A stretch of 63,568 nucleotides of DNA, filler included, from Platydemus manokwari (GCA_037951405.1; 6 parts of 6 records of this genome joined end to end with filler, not necessarily neighbours in it), one strand, 5' to 3'; shown: positions 40,201-53,750, numbered from the whole stretch's first letter. The notes: generated by a model from the sequence alone, not told the origin. Program-made: numbers and translations.

Positions 40201-41873
40201 ATATAGAATGCACTTATCAAAATTTTGACTCGCCCTACATCTAATATGTGAAGTTGAGACCTTTCGTAGGCTAATCTTCATAGAGTCTGTGAGGATAAAT
40301 AAATTGTATTTTCATGGAAGAAGTTCCTCTCACTGTACTATCTAGTAGCACAGTAGCTGTGAAAGGGTCTAAATCGGTAACAATAAAAATGATAGACTAT
40401 GAAATGTTCTGACCTGTTGTGCTGATGGAACAAAACTGTCACATCACTTGATATTTGAAAGAAAAACTCTGCCTGACAATAAAATTTCAACAGGTGTATT
40501 TGTTCTTGTCTACCAAAAAGACTGGATGGATCACAATGGAATGAAACCGTGGTTGCAAAATGTATAGTCAAAGCGTCCCGGTGGACTATTAAGTTAAGAG
40601 TACATGGAACTGCAGTCATTATAAAAAGGGTGGGTGAATTGATGGTCTGACAAGCCAATTACAGCCCTTAGATGGGCTTGTGTATATACTATTTAGGAAA
40701 ACCATGCGAGAATACCGGAACAAGTAGATGACTGTACCACATCTTGACATCTCACCAACATGGAGAATGAAGCGGCCCATCATAACCCAAATGAGTGGGG
40801 GAGGAAACCTTGTGATGTCTTTTAAGGAGTGTGGGATTAGCAATGCTCTTGATGGAACAGAAAATGATGCGTTATGTGAAGCCTGTGATTCCAGCTTTAG
40901 TGACGAAAATCACGAATTTTCTAATTATGATTTTCACATTTACTTAGTGTCTTTACTGCTTGTGTAATGTGCTTTCACTAATATATGCTTAAATACATTA
41001 AAAACTTTTTTCCTAAATCTGCCCTGGTGAAATCGTAGTGAGTCTTGTATGCCGTTAAATACGGAAAATAAAAAATAATGTCACAAAACAGAGAGGAGGT
41101 AAATAAATTAGAATGATTTAGCACGATTTAATTTGCCACAATTATTGCCAGTAGACTCTCTGATCGATAATTTTTTTTGATTAATTTTATAATATTCTTT
41201 ATTAATTAATATATTTATCAGTCTCTGTGCACAACTGTTTAGATAAGGTGATATAATCCAATCGATATATTCGTATAAATATATCCCTACGGACCAGATT
41301 ATTTACATATTGATAACGTTATTATAAATAATAAATAGCTAACATTGACAGACAATGATTGTCAGTCAAGTATAATGGATAAAATTAGTAAGAAGTCATA
41401 TTAAGGAATTCAGGAATTTTTATATTTATATTTCAAAATTATTATAAATATTAATATTATAATCATTATTACTATTAATATTATAGCTATAATTATTGAT
41501 GTTATTATTAATATCATTAATATATTTTATTATTATTCTTGTCATCATAATAAATATTGTTATTACAAATTTAATTTTATTATTAAGACTATTATTATTA
41601 TTATCGTCTTTATAATAAAGATTACCATTACAAAACTATTATTAAATGAGATTTCAAATAATGGTTATAATGAAATAATTTCTAACTTTTCGTGGATAGC
41701 TAAATTCTTTGTAAGTGGCTAAAAGCTGAGGAAAATGAGTGAGAGCTTCATTGGTTTTTCTTTTATTGGAATATAAAACACCACCAATATTACACGAATA
41801 CGGTAGGACATTTTTGTGCATCAATTCTTCGAAGCATTTGACCAGCAGATTACCTGATATATCTTCGTAGTTA
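37243..41873 (-). CDS. RSPH10B: Radial spoke head 10 homolog B-like, 3' exons: 41873-41687, 39976-39815, 39763-39520, 37827-37628, 37572-37243; the 5' MORN-repeat part was not found
   Basis: Spliced peptide LLVKCFEELMHKNVLPYSCNIGGVLYSNKRKT...MKMRDFLVMMKKLGLINNNLTATEIVKIFSMDDPNVTDGEFVSLEHEITFYEFFEAMLVCATIFVT...FNFWTHQLHIFFYNYLFPA matches the recalled RSPH10B C-terminal region. GT-AG junctions keep the frame. Confidence 0.8.
38666..38720 (+). repeat. LTR-like promoter cassette, partial copy C, inside an RSPH10B intron
   Basis: TATAAAAAGAG followed 43 nt later by TCGGTAA, the same offset as copies A (43) and B (45). Confidence 0.35.
40330..41064 (+). mobile_element. pogo/POGK-type transposon, 3' fragment (decayed DDE domain and right TIR), inside an RSPH10B intron
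   Basis: Broken frames give VLTCCADGTKL, WMDHNGMKPWL, KRPGGLL, TSQLQPLD and SFKECGISNALDGTENDAL. Terminus ...GTCTTGTATGCCGTTAAATACGG. Confidence 0.88.
41440..41625 (+). repeat. Degenerate (ATT)n low-complexity intronic tract
   Basis: Recurrent attatt/ttatta units. Confidence 0.7.
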
Positions 41874-43733
41874 CTAAATAATATAATTAATTTACGATAT
41901 AATTATATTAATAATATATAAATGATCCATAAATTATTTCTACTAATATTATTTTTATCACAAGATTTTTTTGATCGTAAAAAATTGTAAGACTGAGTAT
42001 GTTCTATTCGTAAAATGACATCACTTAAGAACATGGGTAAAACATAAATGAATTTTAAACCTAAAAGTATATTTTATTACAATATATAGTGTTATATTGT
42101 CTCCAATGTGGTTCGTTTTCAACATCTTTTCGATCATCTTTGAACATTTTCACAGCTAACATGCTCTTGTTAAACGAATTATAATCGATAATCAAAGAAT
42201 CGTCAAGAATTTATTAAAGTTTCCAAATTAAAATGATTAGGATTTACAAATTAATCAAGACTTCATTAAAATTCATTATATTGTATTGAATGTTGTAATA
42301 AATTCATTGTTATGACTTGGACAATGGAGATTCTGCAATGATGATCATGCATCTTTATACGTTTTTAACCACCATAGAAGATTATTATCCTACTAAGGAG
42401 AGTCAATTTTAAATACGAAAGGCAATTGAAACCGACAATATGTATTAAAGAGCTCTTTATCCATAATAGAAAAGTAAGGATGGAATTGAACCACATAAAT
42501 TTAAAGTAAATACCAAATACTAATCAATATATTTATTCATTTATAAAGTAATATAGCTCATTAAAAATAAATATTCTAAATATATTGATGTGTTTTAAAG
42601 TTGTTATACTCGAATTCCTGGGTACATGAAAATATTTAAATCATTAATTAGAATTCAAAAGTTATCAATCTTTTTAATTAAATTATTAATTAATAGTTTG
42701 ATGATTTATTTAAAACTATTTCTTTTGATTTTATTATTTTACAATCATCACTGTAGTTACAAGATTATCGGTGCCAGAGGATTAATGATAAAGTTGGTAA
42801 TGCAGAATTATGTGAATCAAAAATCAAGGTGTTTTGCTAGTATTAAAATAACAAATACAATTTCGAAAGCAAGTATATGAAAAGGCAACTCAACTGTTTC
42901 ATCCTGAAATACTAAAGAAAAATAAATAAGACACGAATGCAGATTTCAAGATATGTAGTGATTATTTAATAATTAAAATAACTCTTATAAATATTTCAAT
43001 AATTGTGACCAGAATATTATACCAATACAAAGTTTAGTTGGGAAAAATTTCCCAATAGCTGATAATAATAATTTTCATAAATAATTATTAGATTATTATA
43101 CTGTAAATTGTAACTAGATATTGATTATAAACAATGTGATTTTAAGTAATTATGAGAAAAAAACAATGAAAAATTTCGAATTAATTAATTATTTAATTAA
43201 AATTTAATTTTAATTTAAAAATATTTCTAATTATGCTCGTTCAGAAATCTGTCTAAAATCTTTGAAAGTGTCTTTTTAAAAATAAAAATAATTATAATCT
43301 GCCGTAGAATATTTATCCTTTCCATTAATTCTAAAAATGAATTAATTAGTTAGGTGCAAGAAATCTCATTGATAATAACAGCAATACGAAAGTCGACGTA
43401 TTACTTAAAGCTCATCAAACCGACTATCTCAAGATGATATTTTAGGATGTTTTTTTCGAGCTAAATTTCTAAAAATAGATGTTGTATTAGTTTTGAGAAA
43501 TAATAAATTCTTAAATAAAGTGAATTCATTTGAAATATAAAGTAGAATTTACTCGTAATTATCAGCGTATATGTAATATGATATTGAAACCAAATAGTTA
43601 ATAAAGCTCAATAGAATAATTCGAGATGTTGGGTTTTGGACGATATCTGTTGGATCTGCATTGATTGAGTCAGCTGAATTTAGACAATAGCTTTAATATT
43701 CAAGAATACTTATAATGATACAGTAATATACAA

Positions 43734-43833
43734 NNNNNNNNNNNNNNNNNNNNNNNNNNNNNNNNNNNNNNNNNNNNTTAATTAATTAANNNNNNNNNNN
43801 NNNNNNNNNNNNNNNNNNNNNNNNNNNNNNNNN
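43734..43833. other. Assembly linker/gap
   Basis: N44-TTAATTAATTAA-N44. Confidence 0.99.
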
Positions 43834-44521
43834 ATGTTTAAATGATTTGGTAAAACAAAAACTTTAAACAACTAAAAAACATGAATAACTTTTGACTCAG
43901 CCTAATATTTTCTATTTAAAATGATTATTTAAATATTGATTGATTGAGGTATGTATGATGGAGGTATAATACCAGTAACCGACTAGTCGAATATTATTAT
44001 TATTATTATTAAACGATTATTTCTTTGTACTAAAACAATAAACTATATATTCAATAATTAAATAATATTATCTCCATAAAATATTGGAACTGTTTTGTGA
44101 TCTTATTATTATCCTCATAGATCATTAATTCATTTCAAAAAGAGATGATTGAACATCAAAATAAAACAACTCTTCTTCATTTTATCAACTCGATTTTTGA
44201 TATTCAATACAAGCAATAAGCAACACGATAAAAACAATTCATTATATCGGTATTTGTAGAATAATTGTATCATTAATTAATCATAATTAAAATTAAACAT
44301 TTCATAAGGATTATTTATTATTATTAAGTTTTCCTAAAATGACTTGTTATCAATTTTATATGTGATTAGCAATCAACCAATCATCATAAACCTTACGATT
44401 TATATCAAAGATATCAAACATAATTCATCATCAGGCCACTAGTTTATAATTTGACAAAGTGACATCATCACCATCTTTTTTTTAATATTCCAGCCTTAAT
44501 AAATCCTAAAAATCTGTTTTT

Positions 44522-44550
44522 AGGTGCCTTATAGTCCGGAAAATACGGTA
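44522..44550 (+). mobile_element. Isolated pogo/POGK-type right TIR with TA target site
   Basis: AGGTGCCTTATAGTCCGGAAAATACGG|TA; the reverse complement CCGTATTTTCCGGACTATAAG is a typical end for this group. Confidence 0.7.
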
Positions 44551-44835
44551 GTTCGCCAACATCGCAGAAATATATTCTTTTATTTATTTGATCCAGGAAA
44601 TTTTCGATGAAAATTTGCTAGATATTTTCTTAAGTTTTCATGTATATATTTTTTTAAAAATTCCCGAATAAATAATTGACTGAATGTGATTTATTTTCAA
44701 AAGGTAAATGTTATAAAATTATATTGTTAATACCGAAGATATTTACAATGAAAGCTCATATTGATGAATCTATTGTTATTGTTTAATATATGTTGATATT
44801 GTGGAGTTCTGTTTTTTAGTAACATTGTTTTCCAG

Positions 44836-47800
44836 GGATTTTGTTCAGTGATGCTCACAGAAATACCTGGATTACTTATTCCCGGAAATCTCGATATCGG
44901 TGTTCTTCATTATAAAAATGCCTATTATGCTTTTGCCAATAAAGCAATGGCAGAAAAATTTGTAAAAAACAGTGAAACGTAATAAAAATAAAATTTTATT
45001 CCATATAAATTGAATGTTTTCTGGTTTACAGTTATATTATTGGTGTAGGCGATATCGCCCGTAAAAATGCCGAGCTAATTCAATTACTGGAAATGCATCA
45101 GCAATTCTCAACTATTAGTACGGAAGTAAGAAATGTTTTGCTATTGATGATTTTTGATTTATTATTTGACTATGAAAATTTTGGAAAACAAATGCTCCGA
45201 TGATTTCTCGTTAAAAATAAAACACAATTTCATTCTAATATTTGAAGCTGGATTCCAGTCAATTTATAAGCCCTACGAAATGGAATGGATAGGCAAATTT
45301 GAAAATATCTTTATTTATATTGCTGTGAGAGTGCTTCCCATCGTGAAATTTCTACTGAAGGAAAATTGAGCTCATGTACATTTGCGATATCTAAGCAACT
45401 GTTGTCATGGTATAGATTAGCAAATAGGATTTTATCATTCAAATATTATGGATTATATTTCGAAATCAGTAACCATTTTTACTCGATATTGAGAAAAGAA
45501 ACAGTGATGACTCAACATTACGATTTTTGATGTCGGCATGCAAATTAATTATTCGTGTTTTAATCACAATGAAACATAATACTATATTAAATTATTTGAA
45601 ATTGAATGGAGAAATTTTTCGATTTCAGTCTGGTTCTACTGGTATAAACATGATTGAGAAACCGGTAGCAAAATCGGATGCCGAAAGTCAAACCGATACT
45701 CATTTCATGGACTCATGTATTGTTCGTAATTATTATTGGAATGAATGGGAGATGAGACGACAAGCAATCAAGCTGGTAATCAAAATCTGTTTAATTATAA
45801 TAAACAAGTCGATTTATATGTCGTTATGCAGGCCAACTTGAGACAAAAAGTAACAAAATCCATGCAAACAAACCTCAGTCATTTTAAGAGAGATAATATC
45901 TCACAAGTATATTTGCCAAAGTAAATTATTTTCTATTTTAACATATCAATGAAACCCATTTTATTAGAATTAAAAAACTGTAGCAGATTATAAACAATAT
46001 TGGAATTAGTTATTAGAATTATATTATATCTTTTTCCTTGAATAACTTATAATAAGATCATGTTACATTGATCTTATATGTGCAATAGAAATTTATTAGA
46101 ATCAGTTTCAATGACATAAGGGTGTTCCGATTTGATTTTACCGCCTAATATGTATTTTTATTAAGTATTGAAAAGCACTTCCCTTCTTCAATATTATTAC
46201 TATTATATAAATTCGTCCGAATCAGTTTCCATTTGAAGTTTTCGATCAACAGCCGAACTATGGAAATTTTTCGTGTGGTTCACATCTTCAAACCGTTTAT
46301 AATTCTGTTGGTTCTTTTGTTGCTGCGGATAACGACATTACACAAAAAGTGTAATTTCAAGGACAAATACTAAGACAAAACCTCATTATGCAGAATTTGT
46401 TAAAACATTTGTTAAAACGATTTCTATGGTACGATTGAAGATACATTCAAAACTGGTAAAAATAACATCGATAAAAATTTGTTTATTAAATCACATGATA
46501 CTTTTTAATATTTAATGCGATATATTTTATGATTAAACCATTTCGGAGTACGTTTTTAAATTCACGAATTGGTAAACAATGAGATTTCTGGCTTTTATTC
46601 ACAATTTTCCGAATCATTTGGAATGATTAATGAAATATCAATCAATCTTCTTCAAATGGTATTGAGTTCCAATGTACCAAAATAATGTTTGAGAACTACT
46701 AAGAATATAATATCTGATATCAATTTTTTGATAAATGAACTTTTTCCATTTCCATATACCATATTTTCATTATCTTTGCAAGATTTCTCTACTCACTCAT
46801 GTAGAATCAAATAAAAAATAATGCTTAAAAACTCACAATTTTAAAGCCCCGTGAAATAAGAATATAAAGTATTTTAAAAGTTCTAAAAACAATTATTATT
46901 TCATTAGATTTGATTAAGAAGTACAATAGAAATATAATTATACGATGTCTCGCAGCGAACCTTCAAGTAAAATCTGATAGAATTTATTGAATATTTAGAA
47001 TTGGGATTCATTTCCTTCAATTTTTTTTAACAGAAAACTATCGAGAAGTGACCCAACTTACTGATTATTCTAACAGCATATCAATCTACTGCTAGTTGAT
47101 TCCTTCTTTAATTGAGAGATTTGAATTAAGTTTAAGTGTTGATGAAAAACCACACGACAAAACTTCGCGATGATAACTGCTATAATAAAGTTGGTATCAT
47201 TTCTATAGATGTTAATGAAATGACTGACATTTTTTACTTATAAAAATATCTAATAATCTTAACATTTCAAAAATCTTTGATTTATCGAATTCTGAAAATG
47301 AACTTAGATCTCAAAAGCTATTACTTTTCTTTCCTTCGACAGCTTTATAATGATGACTCTGATCAACGTCTGAGCTAATGTGAAGATTTCATCTCTTTAC
47401 TACTATAAGATGCTCAACAGGTAAAAATTATTTGGACATATCAAGTCAAATTCTACCTAAACGAGTCAGTTAATCATCATAACTGTTGACAAAAACCAAA
47501 ATCGTCCTCATACGAAATCCATTAATCAACGAGGTGTCACTATTTAGGTGGAAAATTTCTGTACAATGAGTTACAGAACCCTATTTTTTCAGAATAACCG
47601 CTAAAAATGAAATTTATCAATTCATGTTCCAACATGTGCTTCCGTAGCACCACGGTGTGCTCATTTCTGCCGAGCCATTATTAGCTAATTGAGCTATAAT
47701 TTTTCAAAGTTTTCTAATTGATCGGCGAAGAACTCTATTAAAGTGGCTTCTGAGATGAACCAGTTTAATTTCATGTTATTTCTTTGGCTCATTGAGGTCT

Positions 47801-48304
47801 AGCATATGCTAGAGGTTCTAGCATACTTAATTGATTTGACCTTATTTTCTATTAAAAGGATTTCCAAATTTGTTAAAATTTTGATTTTATTATCAATATT
47901 TGGTACTGGAAGTTTTACTCAAATTATTGATTGATTTAGGAATTGATGGAATTTACTGATCGTCATAATATCAAATATTTACATTAAACCCCCATTTTAA
48001 AATTAGCCATCATTTGTTTTCTTGTAATTAAATTAAATTTTATGTTGAAGATGTTAAATATAAATTGGATTGGTAATAATAATATAATTCATAAAATAAT
48101 ATTGACATTATAATACATTATATCTATAGAGAACAATATTCACAAACCAAACGCGACAATTACTCTTCAGTTCCTAAACCGTCTGTTTTTCTCAACGGAC
48201 TCCGTGGTTGTGGTCTTTTCAGTAAAACAGTTTATAGTAAAATTGATTTGACAATTCCCGTGGAACAACAACTCTGTGGATCTAATAATGATAGATCTTC
48301 ATAA
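44836..48304 (+). CDS. CFAP206: Cilia- and flagella-associated protein 206, 3' exons: 44836-44978, 45032-45125, 45629-45775, 45832-45920, 48130-48304
   Basis: Spliced peptide GFCSVMLTEIPGLLIPGNLDIGVLHYKNAYYAF...ARKNAELIQLLEMHQQF...SQTDTHFMDSCIVRNYYWNEWEMRRQAIKLANLRQKVTKSMQTNLSHFKRDNISQVYLPK...VPKPSVFLNGLRG matches the recalled CFAP206 C-terminus. Confidence 0.93.
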
Positions 48305-49851
48305 AATCTTGAAAGAAAACGATTATTTATTATTTTTCTTTGATGGATTGCAAATTATCTGTGCTAATTGTGTTATTAATAAATTTATTAGGACGTATTT
48401 AATACTTGTGGGGTTCTATTTTTGTAAGAAAATATTTAATTTTTTATCTATTATATCTGTCAATGAAATTGTATTTCTATCATCTCCGCATCTAGTGGTC
48501 AGATTGTAACTGAAAGAATAAAATGTCAAACTAAATCAGAAATGATATAATCAGAAAAAATTGAATACAAAGTGTTTTTGGAATTTTCTGGTGACTTCTT
48601 TAATTCAAAACCTATTCTTAATTATCATTATAGCAGGAGTATGAAAATGCTCGAAACATTAATTGATTTTTTAAACAATTCTACCAATTTTTTCTTCTTA
48701 GTTTTATGTGATAATTACAAATTTATTTGTTTCTTCTTTCCTATGAGATTGGATTTTCATATCATTTCGAAACATATTCAAACATCTAAGAGATAAATCT
48801 AACTATCACCAATATAGCAGATAAATTTATTCTTAAAGTCGATGAAATGTGAAGCGTTTAAAATTATTTGAAACGACATCTAGCAATAAATATTCCTCCT
48901 ATGTCACGCAGTTAGTACAAATTGATTGAACCACAAATATTGCATTGGTGATTGAAGGAAGGAAAAACATGAAAACTACTGCATGGTATTTCATTGTGAG
49001 TAAGCATATCTGCGCAAATCAAGCATTGCGATGTACATATTGTGCGGGGACTGAACAATAGATAACTTCAAAAGATAGCTAGCTGATAAATAGCGATGAT
49101 TTCGATTCATATGTATCGCATAGAACTTCAAATTTACGCTTGAATAATTTGCTCAGTGGTGATATTGAACTCAGTGCCTTCAAGTGCCGCTTAGACTTGA
49201 ATATTTGCTGTTTAATTCATTTTTATTACAAATTAGTATATTCCTAATCCATTCGATAAAGTTTGCTTCAAATATAGTTTATTTAGACTCCATTTTTAGG
49301 AAGCATTATCATAATATTTACAATTTTTATTTCCGTACTTTCATTGCTGTAATTTCGCCAACTGTTTACCCTTATTTTCAATATAGAATTATTAAATACT
49401 GCTAGTGAATTTACTTTAATAAACACATTATTTCAAAAAATTGTATGGATTTAGACGAACGACTCTCGCCGCCCCATTATTTTGTTTGTAATAATGTTCG
49501 GTAAGATGTTACAGCATAAACTTTTCGTATCTAGTGATTTCAAACCATAAAATATCCAACCAATAGTGGGTTACTCTCTCTAGCCACTCAAACACACTTA
49601 TATAATCTGAATTCGATTGATTGATGATTGAATTCTATGATATGAAAAAGTACTTGATAAACAGAAAATATAAATATATCTATATACATTATCACCGGTC
49701 AAGATTGGTGTTTAAAAAATGATAATAAGATAAATGAAATGTTGGAATATTTTTTATATATTACCAAATAAGAAATTCTGAATTGGTAAATAAAACTTCA
49801 CTATCTTTTCATGATGATAATTAAGCGCTAAAATCAAATTTTACAAAAGTA

Positions 49852-51423
49852 TTATTCTATAACTGTCACATCATCAAACAAATCATTGTTCACTGGACTA
49901 ACATAATTAAAATATGGACAGTCTAAATGTTCGGTATACTTCTCTTTGGTAAAAGATTTCGCTATAACAGAAAGAGAAATGTGATTGTTAAGAGAATACA
50001 TTTTTTTATTCGATGGAATTTTGATTGGAGGCGAATATTCGTACATTTTCAATAAATTGAAATTCTCCAAAAGTGGCCAACTCTGTGGCTGCCAACGTTG
50101 ATTGGCATCAATCAACCCATCATGGAGTCGGCTTCGTTCATCGCTTATTAAACAGTAAAAGGCTTTGATCAATTCTGGATGCCTTTTACATCGTTGCTTT
50201 AAAATGCATTTTTGCATGAAGCTTTTCACTTTCCAATTGATTATGTAGTCCGATAATTCCTTCACTTTATCGGAAATGATATGTTGATAGGGTCGGCAAC
50301 CGAAAATCAAATGAAAAACTATTATTCCCACTGCCCAATAGTCACCTTTGTCGTCGAATATTCGCTTTTCTTCACTGATATATTCTGGAGCTGCATAATA
50401 TCGATTTCCCCACATTCGATGAGATGTTGACAAATACGGTTCTAATAAATGCGAAGATGAACAGCTGGAAGAATAAGAACATTTCTGTTGAATTTCGTAT
50501 ATTGAACATTTTCTCTTTGCTAATCCGAAATCAATTAATTTCAAATGACCCGAACATGTTAGTAAAATATTGTTTTCTTTGAGATCTCTATGAAGAACTC
50601 CATGATCATGCATAAATTTCAGAGCTCCTAACAATTCTGCGACATAAAATTGGATGATTTCAAATTGGCGCTGTGTTAAGACAGGAATATTTTTAATGTT
50701 GTCTTCATTTTGTAAAGTTGACATGAGTAATACATAGAGATCGGTCCCGTTGTCAATTTTAATAAGCTTCTTAATGTATGTTATTGTTTCACCGTCTATG
50801 AATTCTTGGACAAAAATCGCAGCCAATTTTCTTTCTATAAAACAAGCATACAATTTTGGAGTCCAAGTTCCAGACAATCGTATAAGACTGTCACGTTCGT
50901 TAATTAATTGAGAATAATGATTCTGAACATCATCACCTCGACGGGCTCCAATCATTTTGATGAGACAAATTTTCAACTTTCTATTTTTGACATTTTCCGA
51001 GCTGTTTCTCAGAGATGCTATGAATCCTTTACCAAAACTACCCTGTCCAATCAGTTTGTGATAGTTGAATTGTTTCCATGATATATTTGTGGGCATTTTG
51101 AAATGGAACTGGTAGTTGTTCAATATCGTATTCGATATTTTCATTGACAAATTCCAAGATAAGAACTCTCGATTGTAAAACATAGATTCCGAAAATAGGA
51201 AATAATCCTTTAATTTGGCAACGTATTTATCTTTAATATTAGTGAAACTTTTTATATCGCTAATACATCCATGTTGAATGGTGATCAGCTTTGATCTGCT
51301 TTTGTTACTTGCTCTCAGTGACCTTCTCGATTTAGATCGGATTTTTTTGTGCATGATTCTTTTCATATTGATAGAAAATAACTCATTTACTTGATCAATA
51401 TTTGATATCAATAAGTTATTCAT
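49852..51423 (-). CDS. Intronless divergent AGC-group Ser/Thr protein kinase, 523 aa
   Basis: LIGQGSFGKG, beta3 Lys (CLIKMI), alphaC Glu (LINERDSL), HRDLKENNILL, KLIDFGLAK, YAAPE, DYWAVG. AGC-like tail PPIKIP...PYFNYV. Confidence 0.9.
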   Translation of the reverse strand: MNNLLISNIDQVNELFSINMKRIMHKKIRSKSRRSLRASNKSRSKLITIQHGCISDIKSFTNIKDKYVAKLKDYFLFSESMFYNREFLSWNLSMKISNTILNNYQFHFKMPTNISWKQFNYHKLIGQGSFGKGFIASLRNSSENVKNRKLKICLIKMIGARRGDDVQNHYSQLINERDSLIRLSGTWTPKLYACFIERKLAAIFVQEFIDGETITYIKKLIKIDNGTDLYVLLMSTLQNEDNIKNIPVLTQRQFEIIQFYVAELLGALKFMHDHGVLHRDLKENNILLTCSGHLKLIDFGLAKRKCSIYEIQQKCSYSSSCSSSHLLEPYLSTSHRMWGNRYYAAPEYISEEKRIFDDKGDYWAVGIIVFHLIFGCRPYQHIISDKVKELSDYIINWKVKSFMQKCILKQRCKRHPELIKAFYCLISDERSRLHDGLIDANQRWQPQSWPLLENFNLLKMYEYSPPIKIPSNKKMYSLNNHISLSVIAKSFTKEKYTEHLDCPYFNYVSPVNNDLFDDVTVIE

Positions 51424-52436
51424 ATCATTTATATTATTACCACTGATATTTTTCTATTCTACTTTGACATTTTGCTAATCATTTCTGTTTTCTTAATTTA
51501 GCATTAGAGTAATTTTTTATATTAAAATCCAAAATTTTAAAAATTAAAGAAATTTTAATCACATCCCAAATTTTCAGACGTTACTTATGTTGTTTTTATA
51601 ATATATGTGGCAATTGTTAAGTTTTTCATTCAATCAAATCTAAAATATCGAAATCATTTCAATTACTAGTTTTGTTTTGAACCCAAAAATGTTTGCGAGT
51701 CACGTGAGGCAAAAAATTTTAATATTAATAAACTATACCTAAATTACATAATCATGCTATCAATAAGGAAATATTAAAAATTAAAAGCTTTCCTCATTTA
51801 TGAAAAAAACAGCTTAAAGAACTTGTTATAATATTTTAAAAAAATTAATTAAAAACCGATAAAAATAATTGAAACTAAATACGAACAATAAATATTATTG
51901 ATTCATCTATAACTAGCAGTAGGTTTCATCAACAAAGAGCTTTACAATCTAATTTTAATCATATTTAAAAATTGCAACACAATGATATTTCTAAATATTT
52001 TAGCGATATTAACTCAATATTGAATTTAAAACAATAGCATAAAACGAAATTGGTTACTAATATTCAGTAGTAAATGTCGAAAGAGTTTTTGTTAATGGTT
52101 AAGCGAAATGTTAAGCAAAATAATATTGACCGAGCTCCTTATCAGTGTAATATTTCTTCTGTAACAATCATCATAGCAGACAGTGTTTGATATTGACCAG
52201 TGAAATAATTTTTAATAAATTTTTAATTTGTTTCACTATATATTGTGATTGGTGGAGAATTTATATATTCAAATTCTAGCGTTTTATATTTTTTAAAGCT
52301 TTTATTTGTAAAAAATTGGTATTTTAATAAATTAAATGATTTTAAATTTATTAAAATAATAACAAGTACTTATTTCAAATTTAATTTGATGAAATAAAAG
52401 ACTATCTAAAACGTTTAATCATAATTATTTATGCAA

Positions 52437-53192
52437 TTAACTGGATTTAGACCGAATTTCAAAATCGTCTACCCAAACTGTTTTCCATTTGGTAAAATGT
52501 GGTACTGGTTCGATTTGATGCATTCTATAATGATTGGAAAAAGTGCATTTGCCATTACTATTATTAATACAATCAAGAATATCAATAGCATTCTGTAGTC
52601 GATAGGTTGTAGAAAATTGCTGCAAAGGAGTTGGGAAATTAGCGTTTTCTGTTTTATTCGTTGGTACATATGAAACGAATGTTGTTAAATCATTTTTCTT
52701 AGGGATTTTCGGTTCTAAACTGAGATATTGATGACTGTCAATTTTTACTTTTTCAATTTTCGGAGATTGAGTTTGCTTTAACTGACTTGATATAAGGTCC
52801 TGGTAGCCTTTCAAGTAAGAATATTGAGCTTCGAAAGACATCGTTGCAGGAAATCGAGGATAAGATGGTATGTCGGACTTATCAATTTTTCCAATGAAAT
52901 TATCGATAATATTATTGGTTTCACTGAAATTTTCATTTAATGTTGATGGCTGAGATATATAGCTACTAAGTTTTCGACGAACATCTAACATTTTCATCAC
53001 ACGTCTACTCCATAAAGCAAACCGTTTGGATGATAAGGTGTTATCGGAAATATTGTTGGTATCTTGAGATTCCTGGGTTGATTGGCTAATTGATATTTGT
53101 CTTTGAGAATTTGAATTGAGCAAAATCCCGTTACATACGGCAAAGTCGGAGTTTGTAGGTTGGCTTGATGAGGTTGATTTAGTATCCGACAT
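52437..53192 (-). CDS. Intronless uncharacterised protein, about 251 aa from ATG 53192
   Basis: Long ORF in about 75% AT DNA. Ser/Gln-rich N-terminus, then ordered-looking blocks FEAQYSYLKGYQDLI, TTYRLQNAIDILDCI and PVPHFTKWKTVW. Confidence 0.7.
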   Translation of the reverse strand: MSDTKSTSSSQPTNSDFAVCNGILLNSNSQRQISISQSTQESQDTNNISDNTLSSKRFALWSRRVMKMLDVRRKLSSYISQPSTLNENFSETNNIIDNFIGKIDKSDIPSYPRFPATMSFEAQYSYLKGYQDLISSQLKQTQSPKIEKVKIDSHQYLSLEPKIPKKNDLTTFVSYVPTNKTENANFPTPLQQFSTTYRLQNAIDILDCINNSNGKCTFSNHYRMHQIEPVPHFTKWKTVWVDDFEIRSKSS

Positions 53193-53750
53193 ATTAAAAA
53201 AGTGATATTTTAAATTTATAATAAAACTTGAACTTAAAACTGGTGTTCCAATCAACTTTTTAAGTATTAATTATCTGTAAGTTAAATAAACAGAGAATCC
53301 ACAAATAAAGCTCAATAATTATAAATATTATTAATGTTTGATTAACATTTGATTCTTTCTTGTGCTAATCAATGAGGTTTTTTCTATTGTACATAAATCA
53401 TAGTTTGTTTTGTTAAATATATTGGTATGTGCCATTACGACTAAATTGGTTCTTTATTCTCAATATAAATATAAAACCAAGAGTTACTGAAGTATTTAAA
53501 TGGCATTAAAAAATTTGATAAATCTAGCTTATAAGATTATTTTTAAATAATGAATTAAATAGTTTCATTTCTGAAATGCAGATATTTTCATAATTTTAAA
53601 GAATTTATTATTTTGTTACATTAACAAAAAATTTTAAATTTCTTAATTTATTTTAAACTTTTTATTTCCATGACATTTTTCCCCATTTTTTGAATTTTTG
53701 AAAAAAAAATAAAAAATTCAAAAATCGTAAAAAAGATCTGAAACGCGTCG

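Noticed and set aside
4700-41064. pogo 5' half (4.7 kb) and 3' half (40.3-41.1 kb) as one giant element
   Set aside because: They are on different contigs and the TIR sequences do not match closely.
46100-47800. Possible hAT transposase remnant in the large CFAP206 intron
   Set aside because: Only faint motif hints; no ORF or convincing TIR pair.
37243-48304. Head-to-head pair of radial-spoke genes (RSPH10B and CFAP206) suggesting a co-regulated ciliary cluster
   Set aside because: They are separated by an artificial linker, and both missing 5' halves would have to fit inside it. Linkage is unproven, though worth revisiting with long reads.
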